A stretch of DNA of 64,000 nt from Epiperipatus broadwayi. Taxonomy: Eukaryota; Animalia; Onychophora. The first letter of the stretch is position 1, and every line of letters starts with the position of its first letter. Made by a program: the position numbers and the translations under genes. Below, piece after piece: positions 1 through 12,085 of this stretch. The stretch is from NCBI GenBank assembly GCA_028023455.1, contig JAQFVV010000001.1:7688001-7752000 (forward strand). The letters run 5' to 3'. The notes under the pieces were generated by a model, which had not been told where the DNA came from, searched no databases, and saw only the letters and a list, made by a program, of their open reading frames with translations.

Positions 1-407
1 GTGTGGAAGAAAGGCTAAGTTCAAATACATGGCACTATAACACAGAGTGGATGGATTGATGAAGTCAGAAACCGTGTATAAAATATCCTATATTACATGA
101 AATTCCAGTTGTGTAGCATAAACTTGTATATAAATATATTTATTATTTTGCATAAAAGATATGAAGAAAGGCTGAGTTCAAATACATGGCACTATAATAC
201 AGAATGGATGGATTGATGAAACCAGAAAGTGTGTATAAATATCCTATATTACATGAAATTCCAGTTGTGTAGCATGAACTTGTATATAAATATATTTATT
301 ATTTTGCATAAAAATATGAAGAAAGGCTGAGTTCAAATACATGGCACTGTAACAATAACTGGATAGATTGAAGAAGCCAGAAAATTTATACAATATCCTA
401 TATTACT
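1..407. repeat. Tandem repeat, ~155-157 bp unit, ~2.6 copies (may extend past the window start)
   Basis: aagaaaggct.agttcaaatacatggcact recurs at 7, 164 and 319 with colinear downstream sequence. Confidence 0.9.
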
Positions 408-596
408 TGCCTAAAATTGACACAAATCAATTGAGGGTCATAACTTTAGCACTGATGCAATAATTCGTCCATAAATTCAAACTTGGTCATGCATGATACA
501 CTATTCATATTTATAATCATGCCAAAAAATGCATTAGCTCACGCAGTGACAGATACCCCAGTCCCCAACTTTTTTCCATTCTACAGCATATTTATT

Positions 597-920
597 TGAA
601 AATATTATAATTTATTATTCTATAGCATATTTATTTATTTCAGTAGATCGAAAATATTATAATTTATTATTATATAACATATTTATTTGTTTCAGTAAAT
701 AGAAAATATTATAATTTATAAAAAATATATATATATAAAAGTAATTACATACTCGCGAATGTTATCAAAAAACGTTTATTTGTTTCAGTACATCAAAAAT
801 ATTATAATTTATTATTATATAACATATTTATTTGTTTTAGTAAATATAAAATATTATAATTTATAAAAAAAAAATATAAAAAAAAGTAATTACATACCCT
901 TGAACGTTATCCAAAAACGT
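597..920. repeat. Nested AT-rich local duplications (~55 bp and ~145 bp units)
   Basis: aaaatattataatttatta recurs several times; aaaagtaattacatac...gttatc.aaaaacgt occurs at ~737 and ~882. Confidence 0.7.
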
Positions 921-1260
921 AATTTGAGAAGAGAGCCCAGAATCACGGACAACTTCAACGGAAAATCACAATAAAATCTTCAGTAATTGATCCAACAATT
1001 GTGGAATAACTTTTTTACGATAAATAAAATGAGAAAAATAAAAAAAAAAATTTTAGGTACACTTTGCTAAAAATATTCTTAAAAAATCTAAAAATTGTCG
1101 TACAGAAAAAATTCTTAGAGTTTCAGGTAGATATTAAAATGGCGCAAAAAATGACGTATTGCGCGTATGTGTGACGTTTACCGTTTATGCGTAAACTCAG
1201 CTCAAAATAGAAATTTCTAGACAAGTCGTACAAAAGTCGTTCTGGTTGTCAAAGGGTTAA
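880..1260 (-). mobile_element. Probable piggyBac-like transposon end (other end not found)
   Basis: Minus strand begins TTAA|CCCTTTGACAACC at 1260-1244, the TTAA+CCC terminus typical of piggyBac, followed by a CpG-richer subterminal region. Confidence 0.45.
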
Positions 1261-1534
1261 ACTACATAATTGGCTAAAAAAAAAATGTAAAGAAAAAGTT
1301 ACAAGGGTACAACTTTTCTTTACAATGGAATGTAAATGAGGAAGGGCTACTAATGTTAATACAAATTTGAGTATAAGTAGGGGGGGGGGGTTAAAATCGA
1401 TAATCCACCTGATATAAAATTTTCAAAACAGAAAACACTTTAAAATGTAGATAATATTGAAATATATTAGGTTATGAAAAAAAAATTACAATAAAGAAAA
1501 ATAAACTACCTAAGTATATAAAAGAGCTAATATA

Positions 1535-1745
1535 ATACAATTCAAATTTGCATTCATTTGCTTGTCTGTGTAATAAAATGGTTTCTTTTTTTATAACCTA
1601 AAGCTGAGTGCACTTTCAGTAAAGTTCACCATAATTATGGTGAATTTCACCAAAAGAGTACTTACTTAGCTTGTTATAAAAAAGAAAGAAACCACTTCAT
1701 TATGCAGATGAACAAATGTTTACAAAATTGAATTACAAATACAAA
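1535..1745. mobile_element. Foldback / MITE-like imperfect palindrome, ~200 bp
   Basis: Perfect 20-nt palindrome ttcaccataattatggtgaa at 1625-1644; arms keep pairing imperfectly for ~90 bp (catttg..tggtttc..ttataac vs gttataa..gaaacca..caaatg). Confidence 0.7.
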
Positions 1746-2474
1746 CGGGAAAAAATCACTATTAAAAGAGATAATAATAAACATTAAAATCCTATGTTTA
1801 ATTGTATTTTATAAGTTTATTGTAATCAAATGAAAAAAATGAGTATATGTAAAAAAAAATTTTGAAAAAAAAAAAGTAAATATTCAAATTTTACAATTTT
1901 TATTTTGATATAAAATACAAAAACATTATAGTTTCAGTAGTGTTTTTTATCTTTATGACAATTACACTTATTTTGTAAATTACACCTAAATAAATTATTT
2001 AATAATAAATATTTTTAAAAAACTCTGCAACATATTATTACTCTTAATTGTAAACACGGGATTAAAAAATTGTTGTTAAATATCTATTTAGGGTTATTTA
2101 TATGCAAAAACAACAACAAAAATATTTATTTCCACATGATTATATTGTGCACTCATTTTTTTTTATGCAAACTTTTGCTACAGAGATCATCATATTAAGT
2201 TGAAAAATGACCAATATTCTATCATAATCATCAAATGATGGCCATTATTATTTCGACCACTGATTTTTAAGAATCATTACTACATTGATATTTTCAAAAA
2301 ATTAATGCAAAATTATTTTATTAAAAAAGCATTATTTATTTCTTGAACCAATATTAAAATCAATGGGCATGAAAGATGATGTACATAGTAATCACTGCTG
2401 TTCTCAGTAAAAAAAAAAAAAGGGATTATACACTCATAGACATATTAAATAAATCCAAGATGCTTTAAATATGT

Positions 2475-4611
2475 TGTAATGATATATAAATATGCCGTTA
2501 CATTAATTTGAAATAAAACTTTTAAGTTCGCAAATAAAAATAAATGTATTAAAAAAAAAACTAAACGCTAAAATTAAAATGTTTGTTAAACGTATATATA
2601 TTCGCACAGATGCAAAACTTTAAAAATATTTTTTTTTATAAATAAAAAAAAGTATTTGAACGTATTTTTTTATAAAAAAATACAAGATTTAAATATAAGA
2701 ATATTTTAATAAAGAAATAACGTAAGTAAAAATAAAAACAGGTATTAATTAATTCCTGTAATCTGTAAATGGAAATGATTGGTTATTAATTGAAAAGCAA
2801 GCTAGCCTTGGGCTCTTGTGTAATTAAAAAGTCAGATGAAAATTAGATAAGAGAATAAAGAGAAATTAGTTTGACCAATGGAAGCACCAAGCCTCAGCCC
2901 GGACCCGAATGAAAAGGATGGATTAGTGACGTTTTGTTGGTTGAATCTGTGTGGATACTATAAAAAGAGAAATACAGTTTTCCTGACAGTTTCGAGCTTG
3001 ATTTGGTGAGACGAACGATAAGACGCACTTGTCGTTCTCTCTCACTTATTTTAAAAAATGAAAAGACTGTGATACCAGAATGGAACCAGCTAATGCTACC
3101 TCCAGAACATCAGAGCGGTCTTCCAATGGAGATGTCATGGGAATTAAAAACAGGAACCTGGACTCTTCTACCGTGAGCTATGAACTTTACAATTTAAAAA
3201 AATAATTAAGAACTTTCGTTCAAACTTTTAAGATTCAGCTAACCTAAATTTTAAAAAAAAAACACTCTTATCTGATTTTCAAATTGACAATTAATATTTA
3301 AATTATATATATCTGACTTATGTTTCAAATTAATTATAAATGTTTAAGTTTTACATATTTGCTTGCTAAAAGAAAAAAATCATTTCCATTTTATTAATTT
3401 TATTTGTATTAATATTTATTGTTTAAATTTTAAATGATGAAATTTAAGTTGGGTATGGACGTTGCATGGATTCATTAGCGGTTAATTGTGTTGCTGTTTC
3501 ATATTCGATTGGAATATATAGGTCATTGGTGTCATTGCGGCATCTTATGATGAATGCTATTGGGCTTCTTGTATTCCCTCTGCAATTGACGTTATCGATG
3601 ACTTTGTATTTTGATCGGTTATGTTTATTCTGGAATGTTTTTAACCGTGGAATCTATGCAGCCGATCTATACTCAACATTATAAAACAAATTTTATAAAA
3701 TTCATCTGTGCGAACGTATCTAAATGTTAAATTTAAGTCGGGCGTGAATGGCTATATAGTTTTGTAAAGTTATATTAAGGGAGGGTAATCTTAGGTTATT
3801 CGTTTCGTAGTTGAATTAGGTCAATGGATTGGATATATTTGTGTAATTAGTAGATGTAGTATGAGTTTCGCTACGTGCAGAATCGCTGTATACACCGCAC
3901 CAACCCTTTGCCTATGGATGGGATTGTAAGTCGGTAAAAAGGACCGCGGTCCCTTCCTATGGAGTTTTTATTTTATTGTTCTTCTTGCCATACAGATGTA
4001 ACATTCCTGTATTGGTCAAGAGTCAATGTCTTCTCTAACTATACTGTTCAGATGTCCATTCCTGACAGTATAGTATATTTTGTGCTGTTGTATTTCATGC
4101 TACATTGAATACATAAATGTATCAGATGGATTGACGCCGGTTTGACTGCGAACTTTTGGCCTAAGGTTAAATAAGGGAAAGAATATTTTCTTTTCAAATG
4201 CAGATCTATGTAGTCTATTCATACTCGATCCTCTAAATAAAATATTAAACTCATTGCAATCTATTTAAATGTAAAATTAAAAGTTAATATAAAAATCTAA
4301 AATGTTAAATTTATTCCTCAAAATTTAAATGATTCAAAATTTATATGTGTGTAAATAAATGTTTGTTTGTTATTTACTGGCAGTGGCTTTTATTTTTCTT
4401 ATATATACAAACTAAATAAGTTATTTCTTATCTCTGCGTCTCCATGAGCTAGTGACAATGGGCTAATGTTCTAAATATTTAAATAAAGTGGAATCTTAAC
4501 AGCGCATATCTGCCTATTTTATAAATTTTTCTAGGCTCAAATGCCTAGATGGCGCCCTTGTAGTGCAGATTGTGGTTAGATTCGATCTTCACTTCCGTTT
4601 GGATCGTTACA
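2475..4611 (+). mobile_element. Solo long LTR (2137 bp), copy A of an uncharacterised Gypsy-type family
   Basis: TGTAA...GTTACA ends; 4-bp TSD ATGT (2471-2474 and 4612-4615); homologous to 40818-43115 and 61771-62550; no coding remnant. Confidence 0.8.
2875..2966 (+). promoter_or_regulatory. Putative LTR promoter: CCAAT (2875), TGACGT (2927), TATAAAA (2959)
   Basis: Same order and the same 32-bp TGACGT-to-TATA spacing in copy B. Confidence 0.5.
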
Positions 4612-5500
4612 ATGTATTTTCCTATTTTTTTAAAATGATAGCAGTACATATGCAAGACAATTTTGCTGTGAACATTCTATTAGATTGCAATAAGAAATTA
4701 GGACTTGTGACATTAAAAAAAAAAAGGAATAAATTAAAAAAGTTTGATGGTGGATTTAATTGCTGATTTAATAAGTCATTTTTGCAATATATTATAGAAT
4801 CAACAATTTTGTTTAATAAAATATTGATTAGTTTTTTTTCCCATAAAATTATCATTTAGCAAATATATTTAGACATCTAAAAAGTAAATTTTAATTTCAA
4901 TGTAAGTTAAATGGTCTTTTGAAAAACTAATAACCAATTAAAATATTTTTCTAGAGAAAACAAGACAAATATATCTCATTGACTGATCATAATTTTTGGA
5001 ACATTTATGTTCACAGAAATATGGTTGTAAAGTGAAACCTTAATTCACCATTTTGAAAAACATCAATAATAGGAAAACATTTTTTAAAAATGATAGATAA
5101 TAATTTACTGGTTATTCTTTAATAAAATATATATAATAATAAATTGCAGAATATTTAAAACTTATTTGCTAAAAAAAATCTTTGACATCCATTGTGTTCA
5201 AATCATGCCTCAATTCAAAGGGCGATCTAAAAAAAGCGAGTACACTTTCACCATCACCAATATTTTTATTGTGCACATTCATTAGCATATTGGTAAAATT
5301 TGACAATTTCAAGATTTCCATATTTTTTTTTAATTTAATAACATCCATACATATTGTACTATAGTAAAACTAAATATTAATTAGGAATGAAATATAATAA
5401 ACAAAGATAATGAATAAAACTATGAAGAAAAATAATTGCATGAAGAAAAAAATGAAAAAGAACAGAATAGTATATATTGTTTAAATTTTTTAAAATGACT

Positions 5501-5790
5501 TGTAACGGTCCGATCAATGATGTAGAAAGAGAGGGTCACATCTCTTCGGATAGGATGTTGGAGATAATGCGATGAAATAGATGACCTATGATTGCGCCTA
5601 CTTTTAATAGACCAGCTCAATACTCATCAGTTAAACTCAAATGCAATTTGTGTCAGTTCATCAATACATTAACCCCTCTTTCAGTTCAGTTATTCCTGGT
5701 ATTCAAATCCAGGGAGAATTTGAATTCTACTCTCTTAATAAAAATGCATCAATGCCAGCTGCCGATAACTATATCTCTATATAGGTTACA
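5501..5790. mobile_element. Possible short solo LTR (~290 bp)
   Basis: TGTAAC...GTTACA ends enclosing a GC-richer block; no TSD (gact/atta) and no second copy in the window. Confidence 0.3.
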
Positions 5791-6001
5791 ATTAATACGA
5801 TATATCTAGTAATCAAGCAATTAAATTTCGATTCTATATTATTTTATATATGCGTGTACATTTGAGGCTATAGATTAATGAATGAATACAAGATCGATTT
5901 AATAAATTAAAGGCCCAATCGAAATTAATAAATTCCCTAACATTTATTTATAAACTCAAAATGTTTCAACATGTATTAAACCAGAGAAGAAGATTAGAGC
6001 T

Positions 6002-6029
6002 CTGATGAAGACTGCTGGACAGTCGAAAC
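6002..6029 (+). ncRNA. Hammerhead-ribozyme-like core (Penelope/retrozyme type), at the head of a ~110-bp repeat (6001-6110)
   Basis: CTGATGA-A-GACTG(CTGGA)CAGTC-GAAAC; perfect 5-bp stem II; stems I and III not convincingly formed; sister copy at 62551-62660. Confidence 0.45.
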
Positions 6030-8346
6030 TGCAAGGAAAATAAAGAAGTTTTTAAGAAAATTTGTTGCATTAAAGTGTATATGAAAGAAGTGTTATAAGC
6101 AATATATATGTATATACAACAAAAAAAATTATAATATTGGAGTCAGTAATGAACTTCTATCCTATCCTTAGTGTAACAAGTTTATATTACCATACCCATA
6201 ATCCCTGGATAGAAATCCATGTTGATGACACCAATTATCTACAACATTCAAATAACGATAAAATAACAAATATTGATTCATCATAAATATTAGTCTAAAT
6301 AACTAATTTATATTTTACACTGTCATCTATTTCTAACAGAGTTTATATACTTTGGTCTGTGTTTGACTTCCTCATGATCCCTTCCAAAATCTATGTATAA
6401 TTTATCATATGATAGTAAAAGTCACTCAACAAGAGGTTAATCATTTATACAGAGTAACAGATATAACGATTGGTTAATATATAAAACAAACGATAAATTC
6501 TCTTAATAAAGTGTATGTATTCAATGTAGCTTAATAATAATAAAGTATTATCTTATATCATAATTAGTCAAATGTCAGTTGCTATGATAGTAGAAAAGCT
6601 AATATAGATTTTATTTACAAAGGAACCTTTTAACTAGAATTAACCATCCTCTCTTCTTTTTAACTTCTGTTTGAAATGAACTTTCCCAAAGAAACATTTT
6701 TAAATCATAGAAACTTCACGCTTCCAAGTATGAAAAAAAATGAAACACAAAAAAAAAAAATATTTACAAGAGTTAAAAATTCAAAATCAAGATTTTACAA
6801 TCCCTTTAAATCAATTTAGTTAAAATTTGTGAGTTGGGAAAAGTCCTTCATATGTATAGTTCATGCATTACAGATGACTATCCTTAAATGAGGTATCGGT
6901 TATCTGCTGGCATCTGTTCATTGTGTATTCGAAACAATTATGTCTTCATCCTCATGAGGAAAAAGATGTTTATTCAGCATTTTAAAAATGGATAAAGAAA
7001 AATATCACGCTTCCATGACAGGGAAAATAACGATCTACCTATGACATTGTCAATTTAGCTAGAAAACATTTTATGGTTTTAAATCAGAGTTGACATTGTA
7101 TAGATCTCGTACATGGTTGATGATTAATTAAAATTCTACTTTGAATATTGGCGATCTTTAATGTTCTTCAATTTATGTTCGACTAGAATAGATATAATTA
7201 TTTGATACAATATATGTATAAAATAAGTGTCTGACTTTATTCACTCAGATGAAATTCTTTATTCTGTTTCACTTCAGAAACTTCTTTTACTTATTGCGGT
7301 ATCATATGATAATTATACATCTGAAAATAGCAAGTTTCTGGAATAACAGATCCGTTTTCTCTCATTCTAAAAAAATTTTTTTGCAGTTTTTTAATCTAGT
7401 CTTTTTGTAGCGCATAAATAATTCGCAAAGATCATGCAAGTAAAAATGATGTTATATTTATACATCTCGCATAATTACGACTGTTTAACGTAATCAAATT
7501 TTCATTTACTTTTTGTTGCCGTAATTGTTCATTGTTGTGGATATTATATCACGATAATCCATTTAAAAGTCATGTAATAAAGTATCATTTTATTTTCATA
7601 CTTGTTTCTGCTTTGACATTTATTCGTTTCATTACTTAACAATTGTCAGTCCCTGTCACTGTTATTTGGTTTAATGACTCACAAGATGATAAAGACAAGT
7701 ACATTACTAACATATATTTATATTATTTGTGCATTAATTAAAATTTATTATTTAAGCTAATTTTAATATTTGAGATGGACACAATTAGTGTTATAAGTAG
7801 TTATGGATTGACTTGGTCAGGCTTGTAAGCTATCCTCATAGACTATACATGTGAGAACATGTTTATCAGAATCATGATTTGTCACGGACTGATGTAACAA
7901 CAGTTTGAAGATCAATAATAAAGCTGGCAAAAAATATTTATGAGACTAATTCCAAAACACAAAAAATTGGATAAAATATATAGAAAAATAAAGTTAATGA
8001 ATCAATGCAATTCAGGTTTCACTGCCGAGATTTTTTCATATTACAAGTCGTATCAGGATAAAACTTTTAAAGTGGCACAAAATGAATTTCCTTTAACATA
8101 AATAATATTGCTCATAATATATTGTATCTTAGTTATGTAATACCATTTTTCAGTCAATATTAATATTAGTGTATTATTTCTAATGAACATACTGCTTATC
8201 AAATCTTTGTAGGAATTAATATACGGTACCATAAATTTTATTTGAGATTATAAATTGACACTTTTTTAATTTCCAAGATTACCAAATAATAATAAGGAAT
8301 TAAAATATCTATATATTAGTAAATACTAATATCATGTAAAGATAAC

Positions 8347-8496
8347 CTTCATTGTAGGAATACTACGACTTCTTTTCAACATTATTGGAGTACGTATCCA
8401 ATCAGGATCAGAATTATTTCCCGTTTGTTCATCTTCATCACTAATAAATGAATCCGATAAAGACACATCAGGAGCAGGCAAAGGTCTGCTTCTTGT
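8347..8496 (-). CDS. KIF4: KIF4-like tail exon (TRSRPLPAPD...DEDEQ...DPDWIRTP...PTMK); either spliced at gttatc (8346) or reads on to TGA at 8332-8334
   Basis: tttcag acceptor; acidic stretch followed by DPDW.RTP, like the segment that precedes the Cys-rich tail in kinesin-4 proteins. Confidence 0.75.
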
Positions 8497-8581
8497 CTGA
8501 AAATATATATCAAAGTTTATTAAATTTTATTTATACGTAATCCTCTTATGAAGTATAATGAATAATAATAATATACATTAC

Positions 8582-8680
8582 CCTACGGCGATCTTTTAAA
8601 GTGAGTGGTGTTCCATTTGGAGATGTCAAGAGAGGCATTAATGAGGATTTTTTCCCACGATATTTAAGCTGATTGAATTC
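8582..8680 (-). CDS. KIF4: KIF4-like tail exon (EFNQLKYRGKKSSLMPLLTSPNGTPLTLKDRRR), phase 0/0
   Basis: tttcag acceptor, gtaatg donor; 99 nt open; in phase. Confidence 0.8.
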
Positions 8681-9728
8681 CTGAAATTAAAAGGAAAAAA
8701 TAATCGTAAAAGTGATTCACTAAACTTTTAATGAAAAAAATCTGTAAGTTATTCTAAACCCACATATAACAACTATAAATTTATTAAACGCATATTCTCG
8801 AGGTTACAGCCTCGGTAAATATAACAACTATATAAATGTAGATTAACTTTTATGTATGGAATTTTGTTAAATGAAATTAAATAGCCAAATTACATGATGA
8901 TTTTTAAGAATAAATGAGTGCAACAAATATTCAAAATAAGATATAGATATAAACCATTATATATATATGTAATTACTATTAAAATATACTTTAAAATCTT
9001 TTTTCTTAAGTAAATTACTTAATTCATCAAAAAACGTATATAATAATGTAACAACTGCAATATAGGTTAAAATTTACATGTATTTATGTTTTGTATATAT
9101 TACACTCTTAATACAATTAATTATTGATTATATTTTCTCATTTATAAGCATCTACAAAACATTTAAATATTAATCAAGTTAGGAAATAAAATTAACAGAA
9201 TACAAATATATTAAAAATTCAATATTAAAATTTATATAATAAATTAATCCAATATTTTTACATTTTCTATTATTTAAAAGCAGTTTCTTTGAGTATTGAA
9301 TTTCATAAACCGAATGAACTCTCTAGTTATGCTTCAACAAACAAATAGAAGACTGTTATTAAATTAATAGATGCAAGATAATTTAATAACTTTATTTAAA
9401 TAAATAAAAAATTTTTTTCCTTTACAAAGCACAGAAAGCATTATTTACAATGATGGAATCATGTCCCAATCAATATTTAAAAATTAACATTTGTCAAAAA
9501 ATAATAATATTTTCAAAATTTCATTATTTCCATATTACTAGTTACGATGTGGAAAAAAAATTAAACATTTGCATAGCAAAAATAAATTGGGAAAAGCATT
9601 ACAACTTTATTCAAAAATTCATGAGAAATTTGTTTTGCTAGAAATTTTTTTAAAGTATCTTTATTATTTTTCTTTTTATATTAATGAAATTAGTATGATG
9701 TAACCAACACCCTCATCTGCCATTATAA

Positions 9729-9778
9729 TATAGTCCAGTGTATAAATTCTTTTTAAGAATTTATACACTATACTATAT
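9729..9778. repeat. Near-perfect hairpin
   Basis: agtgtataaattctt-ttt-aagaatttatacact (15-bp stem, 9737-9769), extendable by tatag/ctata. Confidence 0.75.
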
Positions 9779-11703
9779 GATGAAAGTTAATAAAGACTAA
9801 TGTTTGAAGTTTGTAATAGCATTTTACTTGTAGTTATATGTTGGATTACTTTAATTGTTAACTGTTTTTAGACAACTTCATACTTTTTTAAATACATTCA
9901 ATTCTTAATAATAACACAACATTGTATAGAATACAACGTTTCCAAGTAGTTTTTCTTTTATTCTTCAGATGTTACTGACCTGACCAACCACAGACTCACA
10001 TAAAAAATAAATTTAAAGCTATGTTACAACTAACTAGTCTTTGTTAGAATAACCTAGAAGGTTAGAGTGTCAGTTTAAATCTACTACTTGTGAATTTAAA
10101 GATCACTGGTTTAATTCTCATGCTAATTATCACTAGTCAAGTAAACAATATCCAAAAAGAAAATATAGTTTGAATTTTTCTAAAAAATAAAAAAAAATTA
10201 GCAATTCAAATAGTCCCAATAAAGTTAAAAGATTTGAATCACTACAATGACAGTTTATAACTCTATTACCAAGTATTAAAGGATCATTAAACCACAAACT
10301 AAATTTGTGCAAAACTCAGTACATGCTTAAACGAAAAAAAAAAAAAATTATTGACAAGATTATTTATATTATAATCAACCGTTATCTATAATTGTAAAAT
10401 ATTTATTAAAACCATTATAATTAAATAGTTTTTTTGCTCAATGAAGCTTTTAACTACAATTTAACAAAAAAATCAGTTCAAAAGTTACTCTATATTATTA
10501 TATCTAAGATGAGCATTAATTGAAATATAAAAAAATAATATAGAAAGTAAAGAGAATTATTTATGATATCAGGACACACAGTTTAGTCCCATAATTTCTT
10601 ATATCATTTAGTTACTTTCAAATATTGATACAAATTTATAGATGAAATATATTTGTGTTACAAACCAACTGTATATTTTTCAAAGAAAAAACAAACAATA
10701 CTTAAAATCTTACATATTACATACTAGTAAATGGAAAATTAAACACAGCAAAATTCATATAAATCTAGCATATTAAAAAAATAAAATTTAGGCATAGACA
10801 GGGAATCAAATTTAGTACAATATTTTTTCATGTTAACTTTTGAGCATAGTATGAATTTAAGGACTGACAAAATATTGATGACTAATATGATTTCGTTTCT
10901 TAGCATAAAATTTCTATCTATTGATCTATCTTAAATTCTTACTACATGTACAAGAATTTCTATAAATCCTCATCTGCAATTTAATAATTTTTTTTTCACA
11001 AATTAAAATTTCCTTAATCTAGTTTAATACTTAGACAAATATTTCCAATTACCTTTAATGGATCTAAAGAAGTATTTGTAATTGAGAGTAAAGATCTAAA
11101 TTAGTCACACAATATTATTACAATAAATGCTATCTTCATGTTTTATATGCAAATATTTATTTTCAAATTCATATATATTTTGATTTATAACAAGAAATGA
11201 CTTCCTATTTAATTTACTTCAAGTAAATTCATTTACATCAAATGGAATTTTACAAAAAATATCAAATTTTTTGGAGTGCAAATTCAGTTTCAATTGCTTA
11301 TTTTTTTAAAAGAATATTAAGTTTTCAGTAGCAGTTCTCTAAACTCAGGTAATAAGGTGGAAGAGTCAAGAAATAGTAAACAATATTATATTTAAACTTC
11401 CAGACTAATTTCTTACATGTGATCATCAGTGAATATTTGAAAATTTAAAAAATGTTTAAATTGCTCTAACAAGTAAATAGATGTTTCAATGTTTTCCTGT
11501 CACATAATTCATTTCAGACAGCAAATAAGCATAATGAATAAATAAATGGCAATGCCACCTTGATATTTTTTATATCTAATTTATATATACGCACACCCAA
11601 AACCTAGAAAATTTCACGTTAGGGTTATAATACAATGAAAAATTGCTTTTAATTTATAATAGGATAAAATTACAAAAAAATTATATATACATATAATGTT
11701 TAC

Positions 11704-11781
11704 CTGCTTTAAATTTTCACATTCGGTAGTCTTCTTTAATAATTGATCGTGTATTTCACTCAAACGGTCAATTTCAGAAGC
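11704..11781 (-). CDS. KIF4: KIF4-like exon (ASEIDRLSEIHDQLLKKTTECENLKQ), phase 0/0
   Basis: ttttag acceptor, gtaaaa donor; 78 nt open; coiled-coil pattern, in phase with neighbours. Confidence 0.85.
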
Positions 11782-12085
11782 CTAAAATATATTAAAATTA
11801 ACAATTTAAACTGAAAATTATTTTAGCAAAGACTAGAAATACAATAACTTGCATATTTTAATTCACCAAAAAGAAATTTTGTATTAATATGCACATTGTT
11901 TTAAAACTACTAGTATGCATCGCATCAGCTCCAGAGATAATTCACTTAATAATTCAAAGTAACATTTTATGTCACATGATTAGATTAAGAAATAATGGGT
12001 GCTATAATTTATTTAATAATAATCATTATTTCTTTTCTTGTCTAACACTATATTTTGTAAGCTTAAATAATAAATCAAAGATTAC

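Noticed and set aside
1-920. Regularly spaced repeats as a possible CRISPR array
   Set aside because: Units are contiguous tandem copies without unique spacers; eukaryotic context with no cas genes.
6620-6700. Minus-strand EVKKKR stretch resembling the basic KIF4 C-terminus
   Set aside because: No clean acceptor, and a frameshift would be needed for a convincing match.
6120-8300. Possible endogenous viral element or transposase in a higher-complexity stretch
   Set aside because: Only short open frames without recognisable motifs; more simply 3' UTR or decayed repeat. A TBLASTX search would settle it.
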